Virus record (IMG/VR): IMGVR_UViG_3300046710_000270
Coordinates: 1 to 46,650 of that record
Source: a virus
Taxonomy: Duplodnaviria; Caudoviricetes
Reading direction: 5' to 3' (one strand)
Length of the DNA stretch: 46,650 nt
Under the pieces are notes generated by a model, which worked only from the letters and a program-made list of their open reading frames with translations, searched no databases and had not been told where the DNA came from. Each line of letters begins with the position of its first letter. Position 1 is the stretch's first letter. Position numbers and translations under genes: made by a program. Shown here piece after piece: positions 17,324-26,576 of the stretch.

Positions 17324-18323
17324 GAAACGCCTCCGCAAGGTCGGGCAGGCGCAGCTTCTCTGCGAGGTGGCGCGTCTGGGCCCACTGCATCCACCCGGAG
17401 ATCGAGGCGATCGAGGAGCGGAACTGGTCAAGGGTGATCTTGCCCGCGTTGAGAAGCTCGGGCAGGAGGCGCACGCGCCGCATGATCCTATGGGCGGTGG
17501 ATTTCCGCAGCAGGACATGGGATGGGAAGTGGCGGTACCCGAGGAAATCCACGCCCTGGGAAACGGGGAAGACCTCGCACGTGCTCATGGTCAGCTGGAG
17601 CCTCTCGGCGAGAAAATGGGCAATAGCGTCTTTCATCGCGGAGAGAAGCCCCTTGTCATTGTGAAAGAGGAGAAAGTCGTCGCAGTAGCGCAGGTAATCC
17701 CTGATTTTCCAGACGTGCTTGAGGTACTGGTCAATCTCATTGAGGTAAAGATTGCCAAGCCACTGGCTGGTATAGTTGCCGATCGGGATGTTCGCAGAAC
17801 CTCCAGGGCTGTAAATGATGTCCCGGAAGAGCGCGAGCGTGCGGCTGCATTTGATCTTCCGCTCAACGAGTGCGTAGGCGATGGCATGTTTCATCGACGG
17901 GTAGAACTTCGCGATGTCGCACTGGAGGCAGTAACGGTTCCTGCGGACGAACTCCATGGTGCGTCTGCTTCCTGCGTGGATGCCCTTACCCTTCCTGCAG
18001 GCGTAGGAATCATGGATGAAGAGCCCCTCCCATATCGGTTCGATCACGTTCATGAGGGCATGGTGGACGATCCGGTCAGGCGCGAAGGGGAGGATGTAGA
18101 CGAGACGCTTCTTCGGCTCATAGATCGTCTTGGTCCGATAAGAAGACGTCCGGAAACACCCGTCCACGAGGCTTTGGCGAATCCGTTCCAGCCCATGGGC
18201 AGCATCGAGGTCGAAGGTTTTCACCACTCTCTGCCAGGTCTTGCCACGCCGGGCGTCCCTGTAAGCGAGGACCAGATTCTCTGCGCTCGCAATCTTCTCA
18301 AACAGGTTGCCATGCCGTTTCAT
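17316..18323 (-). CDS. DGR reverse transcriptase
   Basis: DRIVHHA, SYACRKGKG, DIAKFYPS, PIGNYTSQ (GxxxSQ), RYCDD and DFLGY motifs; adjacent TR/VR pair. Confidence 0.97.
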   Translation of the reverse strand: MKRHGNLFEKIASAENLVLAYRDARRGKTWQRVVKTFDLDAAHGLERIRQSLVDGCFRTSSYRTKTIYEPKKRLVYILPFAPDRIVHHALMNVIEPIWEGLFIHDSYACRKGKGIHAGSRRTMEFVRRNRYCLQCDIAKFYPSMKHAIAYALVERKIKCSRTLALFRDIIYSPGGSANIPIGNYTSQWLGNLYLNEIDQYLKHVWKIRDYLRYCDDFLLFHNDKGLLSAMKDAIAHFLAERLQLTMSTCEVFPVSQGVDFLGYRHFPSHVLLRKSTAHRIMRRVRLLPELLNAGKITLDQFRSSIASISGWMQWAQTRHLAEKLRLPDLAEAFHA

Positions 18324-18446
18324 GTTATTTGGACCGGGAGGCGTTTGCCTGCGGCTACTAGTCGCCCGGTCCCTCCGTTGTGTGTTTTGCCGGGATAATC
18401 CCGACAGGGCCCATAGATCCAGCCAGGAGTTTTACTCACACCTGTA

Positions 18447-18560
18447 TCCGCTGCGAACCGGCTGCCGATATTCGAATTCGTATTCCAGCGATAGTTATTC
18501 GCATTCCGAGCCTGCGAACCGCAATTCGCGCTGTTATTCCAATTCGCGCCCGCCAGCAAC
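18447..18560 (-). ncRNA. DGR template repeat (TR)
   Basis: 114-bp copy of the target 3' end, rich in AAY codons; 20 of 21 mismatches to VR fall at TR adenines. Confidence 0.95.
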
Positions 18561-18632
18561 CGTCGATCTGTGAGCCGTGAGCCTGTTAAAAAACTTCGCG
18601 TGCTACGTTCCATTAGTTTCCCGTTTTCCGTG

Positions 18633-20537
18633 CTATGCTGCCTCCGCCGCGAACCGGCCGCCGTAATTCGAAGCCGTACCCCAGCGATAGCTATTCGCAC
18701 CCCGAGCCCGCGAACCGCAAGCCGCGCCGCCACCCCAACCCGCGCCCGCCAGCAACTTCGCGTCGCCGTAAACACCCTGGGAGTATAGCTGGCCTTTGCT
18801 TCCGCCGATCGTTTTCATGGAAAAAGCCTGAGACAGGAGCGCCAGGTCGAGTGTCCCGTTGGCAGTGGTAGGGCTCGTGAACTCCAGCCTGTCGTCAGCT
18901 CCATCGTCATAGTTTACCGCCACGCCGGCCGTTGCTGCCGCCGCGCTGTACGTTATCTGTAGAAAATAAGCCGGGTTGCTCGATGGTACATAGGCGTTTT
19001 TTAACCTGCCGAGAACTGCCAGCAATCTTGCGGGCTGAGTCGCGTCCTCGTCAAAGTAAACCTGGAGGCCGCCGCCGGTTGCCGCGTCTGCGTCATGCTT
19101 AATGAGTATTTTGTAGTCCGTCCCGAACGCAACCCACTTATCAACCGCGGCTGCCGGCATATTGCAGCAAAGATAAGCCTCACCTGTTGCCAGATATTTG
19201 ACGTAGATCGGGTTGCCGCCCGGACTGGCCGCATGGGTAATCGTCGCCGTCTTTACCGCCGTCGCGATGGTCCCGTCATAGCTCACTTGAAAACCATTCT
19301 CGTCGAGCCACTGATACATAACGCCAGCGCAATCCTCGCAGCCACCATTGGATATCATGCGTCGGCCTAACGTTCCGGATACCTCAGTTCCGCCATTGGC
19401 AACACCCAATTTTAGGGCTGCTGCACAATCGTTTGGTGTCCCGGCGGTAATCACAACCGATGCAGATAGCCCGCAACTCCCGGGAGACGTAATAACATAC
19501 GTTGAACCGTAGGTAACCGTGAGTCCTCCAGCCCAAGCGAATGCTGCCCGTATCGCAACCTGAAGGGCCGCTGCAATCAACGCGCCCGTATTCTTTCCGG
19601 ATGGATTAAACGAGACAGCCACTGGAGTCAGACCGTTCAGCGCAACCGTTAATGATTGTGGATTGGTAGCCGCCGAAATATCTGTCGAAGGAGATCCGGC
19701 ACTCGTTGATGTCCCTGACGTGCCACTACTGTCCCGATGCCCTCCGGCGGTGACCGGATCGGAAGAGCCTGCAATATTCGTCTGCTCGTTCGAGCCTGCG
19801 GCAGCCGCCTGGAACTCAGCGTCTTTAAGGAGCCGCTTTTTCACCGCTGCACCATCATCAACAAAATCATTCCAGGTGCGGGTGTCGGAGATAGTTGCGC
19901 CGTTAACGGAGGCGGTTGACGTGCCGGTACCGGAGGCGGGATAGATGTCCACCCACTTGCCAATAGCGGCCAAGTAGACCATGCCCTCGGGCGATGCGGA
20001 TCGTGGCCGGAATTTGAGGTCCCAGATGGAAGCAGGCAATATATCGCCCGCGACAAAGCCCGTGAGGTCGTGGCCGGAGATGGTGCCGATATCGGCACAA
20101 AGACAGTGGAAGCCGCCGAGTTTACGGGTTGTGGTCCCCGAGTAAGCCGCGCAATTTGCGGGAGGCGTACCGGAAGGCGCCGTGCTGTTGGCCGATAGGA
20201 TAAAGATGGGGTTGATTCCGGTAATCGGCTGGCAGGCGTAAAGGTAGAAGTCCTTACCAGCGCGGTTTGCCGCGACCGTATAGTCTGTGGTTGTGTTGTC
20301 CCAGTTTGCGGCAACGGAGAGGTCGATGCGACCCTGGGCCGAGATCGCGTACCCGCCATCGTTGATATTGACGGAGAGGCGATCAGGCGAAAGGAGCAGA
20401 TAGCGGTTTGCCGCTGTCGAGTAGGGGGTAGCGAGTTTCCAGAACTGATTCAGGGCGATGGCGCTCGACGTGCCGGAGCGCTCGTAATGGCCGGGAAGTA
20501 TGGCGAGGTTTGCAAGAAGCTGGTCTACTATGTTCAT
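18633..20537 (-). CDS. DGR target, Mtd-like fibre with C-type lectin-fold C-terminus
   Basis: GGFH, SIWDLKFRP, P.GM and W.DIY motifs resembling BPP-1 Mtd; G...QW and G.R motifs of the CLec/FGE fold; VR at C-terminus. Confidence 0.88.
   Translation of the reverse strand: MNIVDQLLANLAILPGHYERSGTSSAIALNQFWKLATPYSTAANRYLLLSPDRLSVNINDGGYAISAQGRIDLSVAANWDNTTTDYTVAANRAGKDFYLYACQPITGINPIFILSANSTAPSGTPPANCAAYSGTTTRKLGGFHCLCADIGTISGHDLTGFVAGDILPASIWDLKFRPRSASPEGMVYLAAIGKWVDIYPASGTGTSTASVNGATISDTRTWNDFVDDGAAVKKRLLKDAEFQAAAAGSNEQTNIAGSSDPVTAGGHRDSSGTSGTSTSAGSPSTDISAATNPQSLTVALNGLTPVAVSFNPSGKNTGALIAAALQVAIRAAFAWAGGLTVTYGSTYVITSPGSCGLSASVVITAGTPNDCAAALKLGVANGGTEVSGTLGRRMISNGGCEDCAGVMYQWLDENGFQVSYDGTIATAVKTATITHAASPGGNPIYVKYLATGEAYLCCNMPAAAVDKWVAFGTDYKILIKHDADAATGGGLQVYFDEDATQPARLLAVLGRLKNAYVPSSNPAYFLQITYSAAAATAGVAVNYDDGADDRLEFTSPTTANGTLDLALLSQAFSMKTIGGSKGQLYSQGVYGDAKLLAGAGWGGGAACGSRARGANSYRWGTASNYGGRFAAEAA
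18643..18756 (-). repeat. DGR variable repeat (VR)
   Basis: Ungapped 114-bp alignment to TR at the 3' end of the target CDS. Confidence 0.95.
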
Positions 20538-20547
20538 AGTCTCCCCC

Positions 20548-21600
20548 TTATCTCATATTCAAAACACGCCAGCCGTTGGCGCTGTTGTAGTAGACCAGGC
20601 TGACATGCGCGTTTGCTACGTTGAGCACGAGGTCTGCGGCGCTGCTATTGATCTTTTCGCTGTTGCGACCCAGGGTCAGGTTGTAGGTCGAGAATGATCC
20701 TGCTCCATCCACAACCGTCACCTGCTGCCCGATAGTAGGGGTTGCCGGAAGGGTTATGGTGAAAGCCCCGCCGGACGTGTCTGCGATGATCTGGTCATCT
20801 GAGACAGCCGTGTACGTGGTGGTTTTTGCTATCCAGGAGGTCCAACCTAACTGGCCTGCATGGGCAGAAAACGTGAGGACTTTGAGGCGATCGCCCGGTT
20901 TGGGTTCAGTTGTCGGCACGCTCAGGCCGAATGTATTTGCTGGCTCGGCAGCGGGGTTATTCAGGTAAAAGCCGCGACCATTGGTGCCGTAGCCGCGCCA
21001 TAGGACCTTATCAGGGGTTGTGGATGTCTGCTGCGGCGTCGTAATTGACTTTACCGTATAGTCAATAGCTTCGCCCTCTGTCCCCCCGCAGACAGCCGGA
21101 TCACCACTCGCGTCGGTACAGACGGGCTTTGAAGCTGTCACGGTAAAGCCCTTCAGATTAATATCGGTCGTCCACCCGGGCCACTGGTGATTAGTCGGGG
21201 TACCGGAAGAGGTGACGGTGCCGCTTGCCGTCACCAGAGGCGTCGTGGTGCCTGTAACGGTAAGGCCAGAGAGGCTGCAAGGTACGATCACACCAGCATT
21301 ATCGGAGCAGACGAGTTGCGCGGCGTTGTTGGCCAGGGAGTCGGTACGGGGGGTGCCGGTACATTGTGCTGCGCCGCCACTATTACGCTGAACGATGCAG
21401 GAATTGCCGGTGGGGACGCCCGAGCCGGATCCGGGCGAGTAGGGCAGTTCCTGAGCGCGTACGAAAGAGGGAAGAGGGAAGATCGTCGCGCAGAGCGCGA
21501 CTAGGAAGAGGGAAGAAACAGCCAACCTGATACGCAGTTGCTCCCATCTTCCCAGTGAGCGGAGCGAACGGTCCTCCATCTTCCATCTAATTTTTTTCAT
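20548..21600 (-). CDS. Signal-peptide, S/T/G-rich fibre-like protein
   Basis: Hydrophobic N-terminus ending VRA-Q; C-terminal ADTSGGAFTITLP...GW domain typical of phage fibres. Confidence 0.65.
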   Translation of the reverse strand: MKKIRWKMEDRSLRSLGRWEQLRIRLAVSSLFLVALCATIFPLPSFVRAQELPYSPGSGSGVPTGNSCIVQRNSGGAAQCTGTPRTDSLANNAAQLVCSDNAGVIVPCSLSGLTVTGTTTPLVTASGTVTSSGTPTNHQWPGWTTDINLKGFTVTASKPVCTDASGDPAVCGGTEGEAIDYTVKSITTPQQTSTTPDKVLWRGYGTNGRGFYLNNPAAEPANTFGLSVPTTEPKPGDRLKVLTFSAHAGQLGWTSWIAKTTTYTAVSDDQIIADTSGGAFTITLPATPTIGQQVTVVDGAGSFSTYNLTLGRNSEKINSSAADLVLNVANAHVSLVYYNSANGWRVLNMR

Positions 21601-21601
21601 A

Positions 21602-22006
21602 TCATTCTCCGTAGAAGTAGGTCGCTTCGATTTTCGCCGTCTCGCCGTTCGTGTAGGCGATGCAGAGGAGATTAGCGACATTCTGCTGACCCGGGACGAC
21701 CCACCACATGCCGGCCGTTAATTCATGGCCTACACCGTTCGCGCCCTGGGTGGGCGTGGAGCCGTCCATGCAGCAGCGCACCGACTTCGACTCGACGGAG
21801 ATCAGCGCCTTCGTGGCCTTATGGCCCGACCAGAATCCCGACGACTTTGTGATCTTCGAGGCGGTCGGTCCTGTGGCCGTATCGCCGACGGTGAGCGTCT
21901 CCCGGTCGGCGGCGGATCCGGCGGCGAGAGCGAGCGAGACGCAGATCAGGCCGAAAACAAGCAGCGTGATGGTCAGGCCGATCAAATATGCTTTGAGTCT
22001 GGACAT
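21602..22006 (-). CDS. Secreted beta-rich hypothetical protein
   Basis: Signal peptide ending ALA; VRCCMDGSTPT...GHEL. Confidence 0.7.
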   Translation of the reverse strand: MSRLKAYLIGLTITLLVFGLICVSLALAAGSAADRETLTVGDTATGPTASKITKSSGFWSGHKATKALISVESKSVRCCMDGSTPTQGANGVGHELTAGMWWVVPGQQNVANLLCIAYTNGETAKIEATYFYGE

Positions 22007-23505
22007 TGGAAACCTCCGTTAACGAAAGGGTTCGAGGGTTCGAGGGTTCGAGGGTTTCGACTTGACCCCTTGACCCCTTGGCCCCTATTTAGAATCAGCC
22101 CCGCCCACACGATGGTAACGGCCGCGATGGGCACTATCTGCCACGAGAAAAAGACGAGCGCCGTGAGGCAGGAAGCGAGAAAGCCGTAAAAAGGAAGGGT
22201 TCGAGGGTTCCAGGGTTCGAGTCTGACCCTTGGCCCCTTGAACCCTTTCCTCAGTATATCCCCTACCGCCCACAGCAGCAGCAACACACCGGGGATCCCC
22301 GCCGCAAAGAGCATCTCTATGAATTCGTTGTGCGCTTCGAGGTAGACCTCTTTTGCAGCGCCGTTCTCGAAATACTTTTGATCGCCCTTACTCCAGCGCA
22401 TGGCCACGGCGATCAGCGCTTTCTGGCCTTCGACCTCGCGCCATAATTGCGCGCGCAATTCCGGCGCGACCAGGTGAGGCGAGACGAGGAGCGGGATCAC
22501 CGTAGAGTACTGCCCGAATCCCCAGCCGAGCCACGGCTTGTTAAGCGCGGCGCGGACGCTCTTTTCCCACGCGACGCCCCGTGTATCCATTTGATACCGC
22601 CATTCATGAGCGCCCCTGCCGACAACGGCCCAATAACCGAGCAGAGCGAGGACGAGCAGGGCGAGAAGGCCGATGGACGTCCGCTTCGCTCGGACGAGGG
22701 ACGATCGCTCCCTTCGCGGGATGGGAAGGAATGAAGATCTCCGCGATTTTGCCCTTTTCGCTAGGACGAAAAGGCCGCCGATCGCACACGCTGCGACTGC
22801 ACCGACCAGGTTGCGGGTCATGAGGATCCCCGCCACAGGAACGAAGGAGAGCCAGCGCCAGCGGCCCCGCCAGAAGGCGGGCAGGCAGCATGCGAGCAGT
22901 GTCGATGTTTCCTCGACGTTGGTCTGTAGACCTATCAGGCTTTTACCGGTAGGGACCAGGGTACGGGGATAGACCGGCAGACCGGCCAGCTGCAGCATCT
23001 GCCAGGCGACGTTCGCCAGGGCGATCACGCAAAGAACGTTCAAAAAAGGGTTCGAGGGTTCGAGGGCACAGGAAAGGGTTCCAGGGTTCCAGGGTTCTAG
23101 GGTTCGAGGGTTTTTCTCGACCCCTTGAACCCTTGGCCTCTGTTCGCTGATGTAGATCAGCGCCATGCCGTAACAGATCGCCGCGAGCGTGAAAAGGATG
23201 GACGTTGACGGGTGCACGCAGCAGACGACTGCGCCCCAGATCCAGAGGAGCCCGACCGGGAGCGACTGGCGCGCAAGTACGACGCCGATCCCTGCCATCA
23301 TCACGTAGGCGAGGATCATGTAGCGCCCCAACCGTAACGACGGCGACGTCGCCCAAAAGCAGGTGACGAGGAGCAGGCCGAAGCAAATCAAGATGGAAGA
23401 TGGAAGATGGAAGATGGAAGTAACTGCCCGGCGCATGTAGCGCGAGGTCTTCCTAGCGAACGCAGTGAGCGATCTCCCTAGCGAGTGCAACGAGCGGTCT
23501 CCCAT
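21982..23505 (-). CDS. O-antigen ligase / O-oligosaccharyltransferase-like (Wzy_C) membrane protein
   Basis: Many TM segments; R...W...PWLGWGFGQY and AHNEFIEML...GIPG motifs; several in-frame repeat insertions. Confidence 0.82.
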   Translation of the reverse strand: MGDRSLHSLGRSLTAFARKTSRYMRRAVTSIFHLPSSILICFGLLLVTCFWATSPSLRLGRYMILAYVMMAGIGVVLARQSLPVGLLWIWGAVVCCVHPSTSILFTLAAICYGMALIYISEQRPRVQGVEKNPRTLEPWNPGTLSCALEPSNPFLNVLCVIALANVAWQMLQLAGLPVYPRTLVPTGKSLIGLQTNVEETSTLLACCLPAFWRGRWRWLSFVPVAGILMTRNLVGAVAACAIGGLFVLAKRAKSRRSSFLPIPRRERSSLVRAKRTSIGLLALLVLALLGYWAVVGRGAHEWRYQMDTRGVAWEKSVRAALNKPWLGWGFGQYSTVIPLLVSPHLVAPELRAQLWREVEGQKALIAVAMRWSKGDQKYFENGAAKEVYLEAHNEFIEMLFAAGIPGVLLLLWAVGDILRKGFKGPRVRLEPWNPRTLPFYGFLASCLTALVFFSWQIVPIAAVTIVWAGLILNRGQGVKGSSRNPRTLEPSNPFVNGGFQCPDSKHI

Positions 23506-23518
23506 CTTCCCCGTCCCT

Positions 23519-24019
23519 TTACTGTCTCTTCACTCCCAGCCGAACCGTGGTATCTGTCATCGACGGCGTGGATCCGCCGAGGGTGAGTATGACGCTCACG
23601 TTCGCCTCGTCCACTATGTTCGGCGTTGCCGCGAGTACACCGTCCATAATCGTCGCGGCCTGCGTGGTTGCAATTGAGATAGGCGTCGAGAGCAATGAGG
23701 TCGATCCCTGCTTCACGTCGACCGTGTACGTCGGGGTTCCCGCCGTCGCGATCGAGCGCGCGTAGGCGCTGATGGAGAGCACACGGTAGGGCCAGGGCGA
23801 TTTCCAGACGATCGGCGTCGCTGTGGCCGTGATTGCGCCCGGGATGTAGAGTATGATCTGCTCATATCCGGTCGACGCCGGCGAGGGATTCGCCGTGGCA
23901 GCAAGGGCAACAGGGGCCAGGGTTCCAGGGTTCCAGGGTGCCAGGGTGAATAGCACCGCCAGCATCAAGGCAACGAGTATAATAGATTTTGGTTTGCATC
24001 CGCGTTTTATCAGTTTCAT
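23519..24019 (-). CDS. Signal-peptide, T/A-rich protein (possible decoration protein)
   Basis: Directly after the capsid gene; signal peptide contains a TLAPWNPGTLAP repeat insertion. Confidence 0.7.
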   Translation of the reverse strand: MKLIKRGCKPKSIILVALMLAVLFTLAPWNPGTLAPVALAATANPSPASTGYEQIILYIPGAITATATPIVWKSPWPYRVLSISAYARSIATAGTPTYTVDVKQGSTSLLSTPISIATTQAATIMDGVLAATPNIVDEANVSVILTLGGSTPSMTDTTVRLGVKRQ

Positions 24020-24034
24020 ACCATCCTCCTTTTC

Positions 24035-24062
24035 TGGATTCCGGCTTTCGCCGGAATGACGG
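24035..24062. repeat. REP-like palindrome TGGATTCCGGC-TTTC-GCCGGAATGAC
   Basis: Second copy at 27991-28018 differs by one base. Confidence 0.8.
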
Positions 24063-24123
24063 CTTGGTTATGGTCCGGGGCCTCGGATCCTTGAACCCTC
24101 GGCCCCTTGAACCCTATCTTTTC

Positions 24124-26565
24124 CTACGTTCCGCCGCTCACCACGCTCTTATCGAAGCCGCGATAGTCCGCGATCTCGAACTCGTACTCGTGGCGGCTCT
24201 TGTACTGGATCTTGTCGGCTACGAACATCTGTCCGACCAGCGGGTTGTCCGCGACGAAGAACTCGGGCTCCCGCCTGCCGTTGATGTAGGCGACTTCCAG
24301 CAATTCCACCTCGGTCGCGTCCGCGATCAGCCCCCAGTCGTTCGTGTCGACGAAGAGCGGGTTGCAGATGATCCGCTCGTGGGCCGAACCGAACTTGCCC
24401 GCGTGCGGGTTGGGGGTCGCTGCGCCCGGCCAGGCGGAGTTGAGGCCCTGGGCGGTTTCGAGCGCGTCTCTGGGGCACCAGAGGTAACGCGGGACCAGGG
24501 CAAGGCTTTCGCCCGAGTCCTGCTCCTCCTGCGCGTACATGGCTTTGAACCGGTTGGTCAGCGTGGCGATGCCGGTCGAGTCGAGCGTCAGGGCAACCGT
24601 GCCGAGGTTGCCGTGCTCGGTATCCGCGAAGAGCGCGACGCTGTCGCCCTTGTACGTGGCGTTGTTGATGATCTTGTTCCACGCCCTTTTCGCATGCGTG
24701 CGCCGGTGGGCCCGGCCCATCTTGGAGACGAGCTGGGTGATCGTCTTGAGGTCGTCGTTCAGGATGACTTTGCGCGTCACGGTGAGTATCCAGCCTTTCT
24801 GGTTGATCGAGTAAGTGGCCTCGACGTCCGTCGGCATGGTGATCTCCACATAGTCCGCCGTCTCCGGATCCACGTCGGGCACGTCGCCGAAATAGCCGAC
24901 GTTGATGATCTCCAACGTCTTGAAGTTCTCGGCGTTCCGGTAATAGCTGATGATCGCCTCCTCGAAGTAGTTGACGGCCCGGTACTCCTTGAGGAGCCTT
25001 TTGAACATCGAGACCCCGAGCACGTAGGAGAAGCTGTTGGACCTGTACGCCGCGGGCAGGCGCATCATCTGCATGAAGGCCTCACCGAGCCGCAGGCCGT
25101 CCCGGGACGGCACACCCCTGAGCTCGTCGTCGCCAGTGAGCTGTGTATAGGCGCTGCGCAAGCCCTGAAACGCGGGCACGTCCTTGAATTTCTCGTCCGT
25201 GTCGGCGCCGAGCATCTTGTCGATCGCGGCCTGGAGCTTTTCGGGCTCGCTCGTGCCGATCGAGATCCGCAAGCCGCCGACGCCGTTAGGGGCGCCGCTG
25301 CCCGTCAGCTTATCCGCGATCTCTTTGTATTCCTTGATCGCGGCGCGCAGGGTCTCCGGCTCGAAAACCTTGCCGGAAAACTCATTCTCGACGCGCTTGC
25401 GGAGGAGGTCGGGTAGATTCGACTCCCTGAGCTCCTCGACCAGGACAGTCGCGCACGAGAGCAATTTTTGCGCGTCGTCGAAGGTTTTCTCCGCCTTGGC
25501 GACCAGGGTCTTAGCCTCGCTGGTCGAGATCTCGGTCAAGGACGCGGTGAGCTTGGCGAGGTATTCCTTGACGTCATCCTTCTGGGTCTTGCCGCCCGCT
25601 GCCACGAGCACCAGCTCCTGCACCGCTTCCTCAGTGACGCTTTCGCCCTGGGCTTCAAGGGCTTCGATCTTCTCTTTCAAATCCGGCCGCTGGCTTTTCA
25701 GGGCGGCCAATAACTGCTTCCACATAACGCCCTCCTTTTGGCCCGCCTTTCCGGCCGCGGCCACTCTCAGCAGTTTTCCCCCTGCTATGGGGTCATAAAC
25801 CACGTCGACTGAATCGACGCGGACGATCCTCTGCACTTGCTTCGGCGATTTTCCACCTTCGGCCACCTGGGCGACCACGTCGTGCGAGAGCCCGATCAGG
25901 TCCCGCTTGCCCCTCGTGAACGCATCGACCGCCATGTCGCGCAGCCAGGACGCCGATTTGAGGATATTAAGCGTGCCCTCCAGCGCGGTCGCGGTCGGCC
26001 GGACATCAGACAGCCAGCCCACCAGATCGCGCACGCTCTTGCCGTAAGGGTTCGCGGGATTATCGTGCTGCCCCTGGGTGAGCGCGAAAACACGGGCGCC
26101 CTCGTAGACGGGAGCGGCCGCCGCGAGAACCGGCATGGAATAGTTTGCGATGCCCTGCCTGTCCACACCCGACTCCACGATCTGGACGTGCCATTTGTAG
26201 CCGTAATCGGGCGACGCGGGCACCTGTGCCGCGCTGAGCCGCGAGAACGAAGAGACGCGCAACTCTTCCCCGGCTGTCATGGTATGTTCGCCCACCTTGT
26301 GACGCTCCTCCATCATGCGCAACCGCTTCTCGATCAACATCTGGTCAGCCTCATCGTATTCGGCCCTGTTCTCGGGCCGGTCCCAGTAGCTGGCCGCGCT
26401 CGCGGTGTGCGCCGCGTCGGGGCAGGGATAGGCGTAGTTGACCGGGTCGAGCCACTCGTCGTCCGGGACGGACGCAAACTCGGCGGGTTTCGTCACGTGG
26501 CCGTTATCGCGCACCGCGATGCCGTACTTCTGAGATCGGGCAGCCTGAGCTTCTTTCTCGTTCAT
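24124..26565 (-). CDS. Protease/scaffold-major capsid fusion protein
   Basis: 813 aa; N-terminal extra domain, protease-like GLSHD...VDSVDVVYDPIAGG, acidic helical scaffold, Mu gpT-like C-terminus (DYRGFDKS). Confidence 0.85.
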   Translation of the reverse strand: MNEKEAQAARSQKYGIAVRDNGHVTKPAEFASVPDDEWLDPVNYAYPCPDAAHTASAASYWDRPENRAEYDEADQMLIEKRLRMMEERHKVGEHTMTAGEELRVSSFSRLSAAQVPASPDYGYKWHVQIVESGVDRQGIANYSMPVLAAAAPVYEGARVFALTQGQHDNPANPYGKSVRDLVGWLSDVRPTATALEGTLNILKSASWLRDMAVDAFTRGKRDLIGLSHDVVAQVAEGGKSPKQVQRIVRVDSVDVVYDPIAGGKLLRVAAAGKAGQKEGVMWKQLLAALKSQRPDLKEKIEALEAQGESVTEEAVQELVLVAAGGKTQKDDVKEYLAKLTASLTEISTSEAKTLVAKAEKTFDDAQKLLSCATVLVEELRESNLPDLLRKRVENEFSGKVFEPETLRAAIKEYKEIADKLTGSGAPNGVGGLRISIGTSEPEKLQAAIDKMLGADTDEKFKDVPAFQGLRSAYTQLTGDDELRGVPSRDGLRLGEAFMQMMRLPAAYRSNSFSYVLGVSMFKRLLKEYRAVNYFEEAIISYYRNAENFKTLEIINVGYFGDVPDVDPETADYVEITMPTDVEATYSINQKGWILTVTRKVILNDDLKTITQLVSKMGRAHRRTHAKRAWNKIINNATYKGDSVALFADTEHGNLGTVALTLDSTGIATLTNRFKAMYAQEEQDSGESLALVPRYLWCPRDALETAQGLNSAWPGAATPNPHAGKFGSAHERIICNPLFVDTNDWGLIADATEVELLEVAYINGRREPEFFVADNPLVGQMFVADKIQYKSRHEYEFEIADYRGFDKSVVSGGT

Positions 26566-26576
26566 AGAGCCTCCGG

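Noticed and set aside
17316-18323. RT as a group II intron or retron
   Set aside because: Short RT with GxxxSQ, no maturase or endonuclease domain, and a clear TR/VR pair.
18561-18632. Canonical GC hairpin downstream of VR
   Set aside because: Only short direct repeats (CGTGCTA, GTGAGCC) seen; no convincing stem found by eye.
18320-18775. 151-aa ORF spanning TR
   Set aside because: Its similarity to the target is simply the TR read in frame; it overlaps VR in another frame and does not look like Avd.
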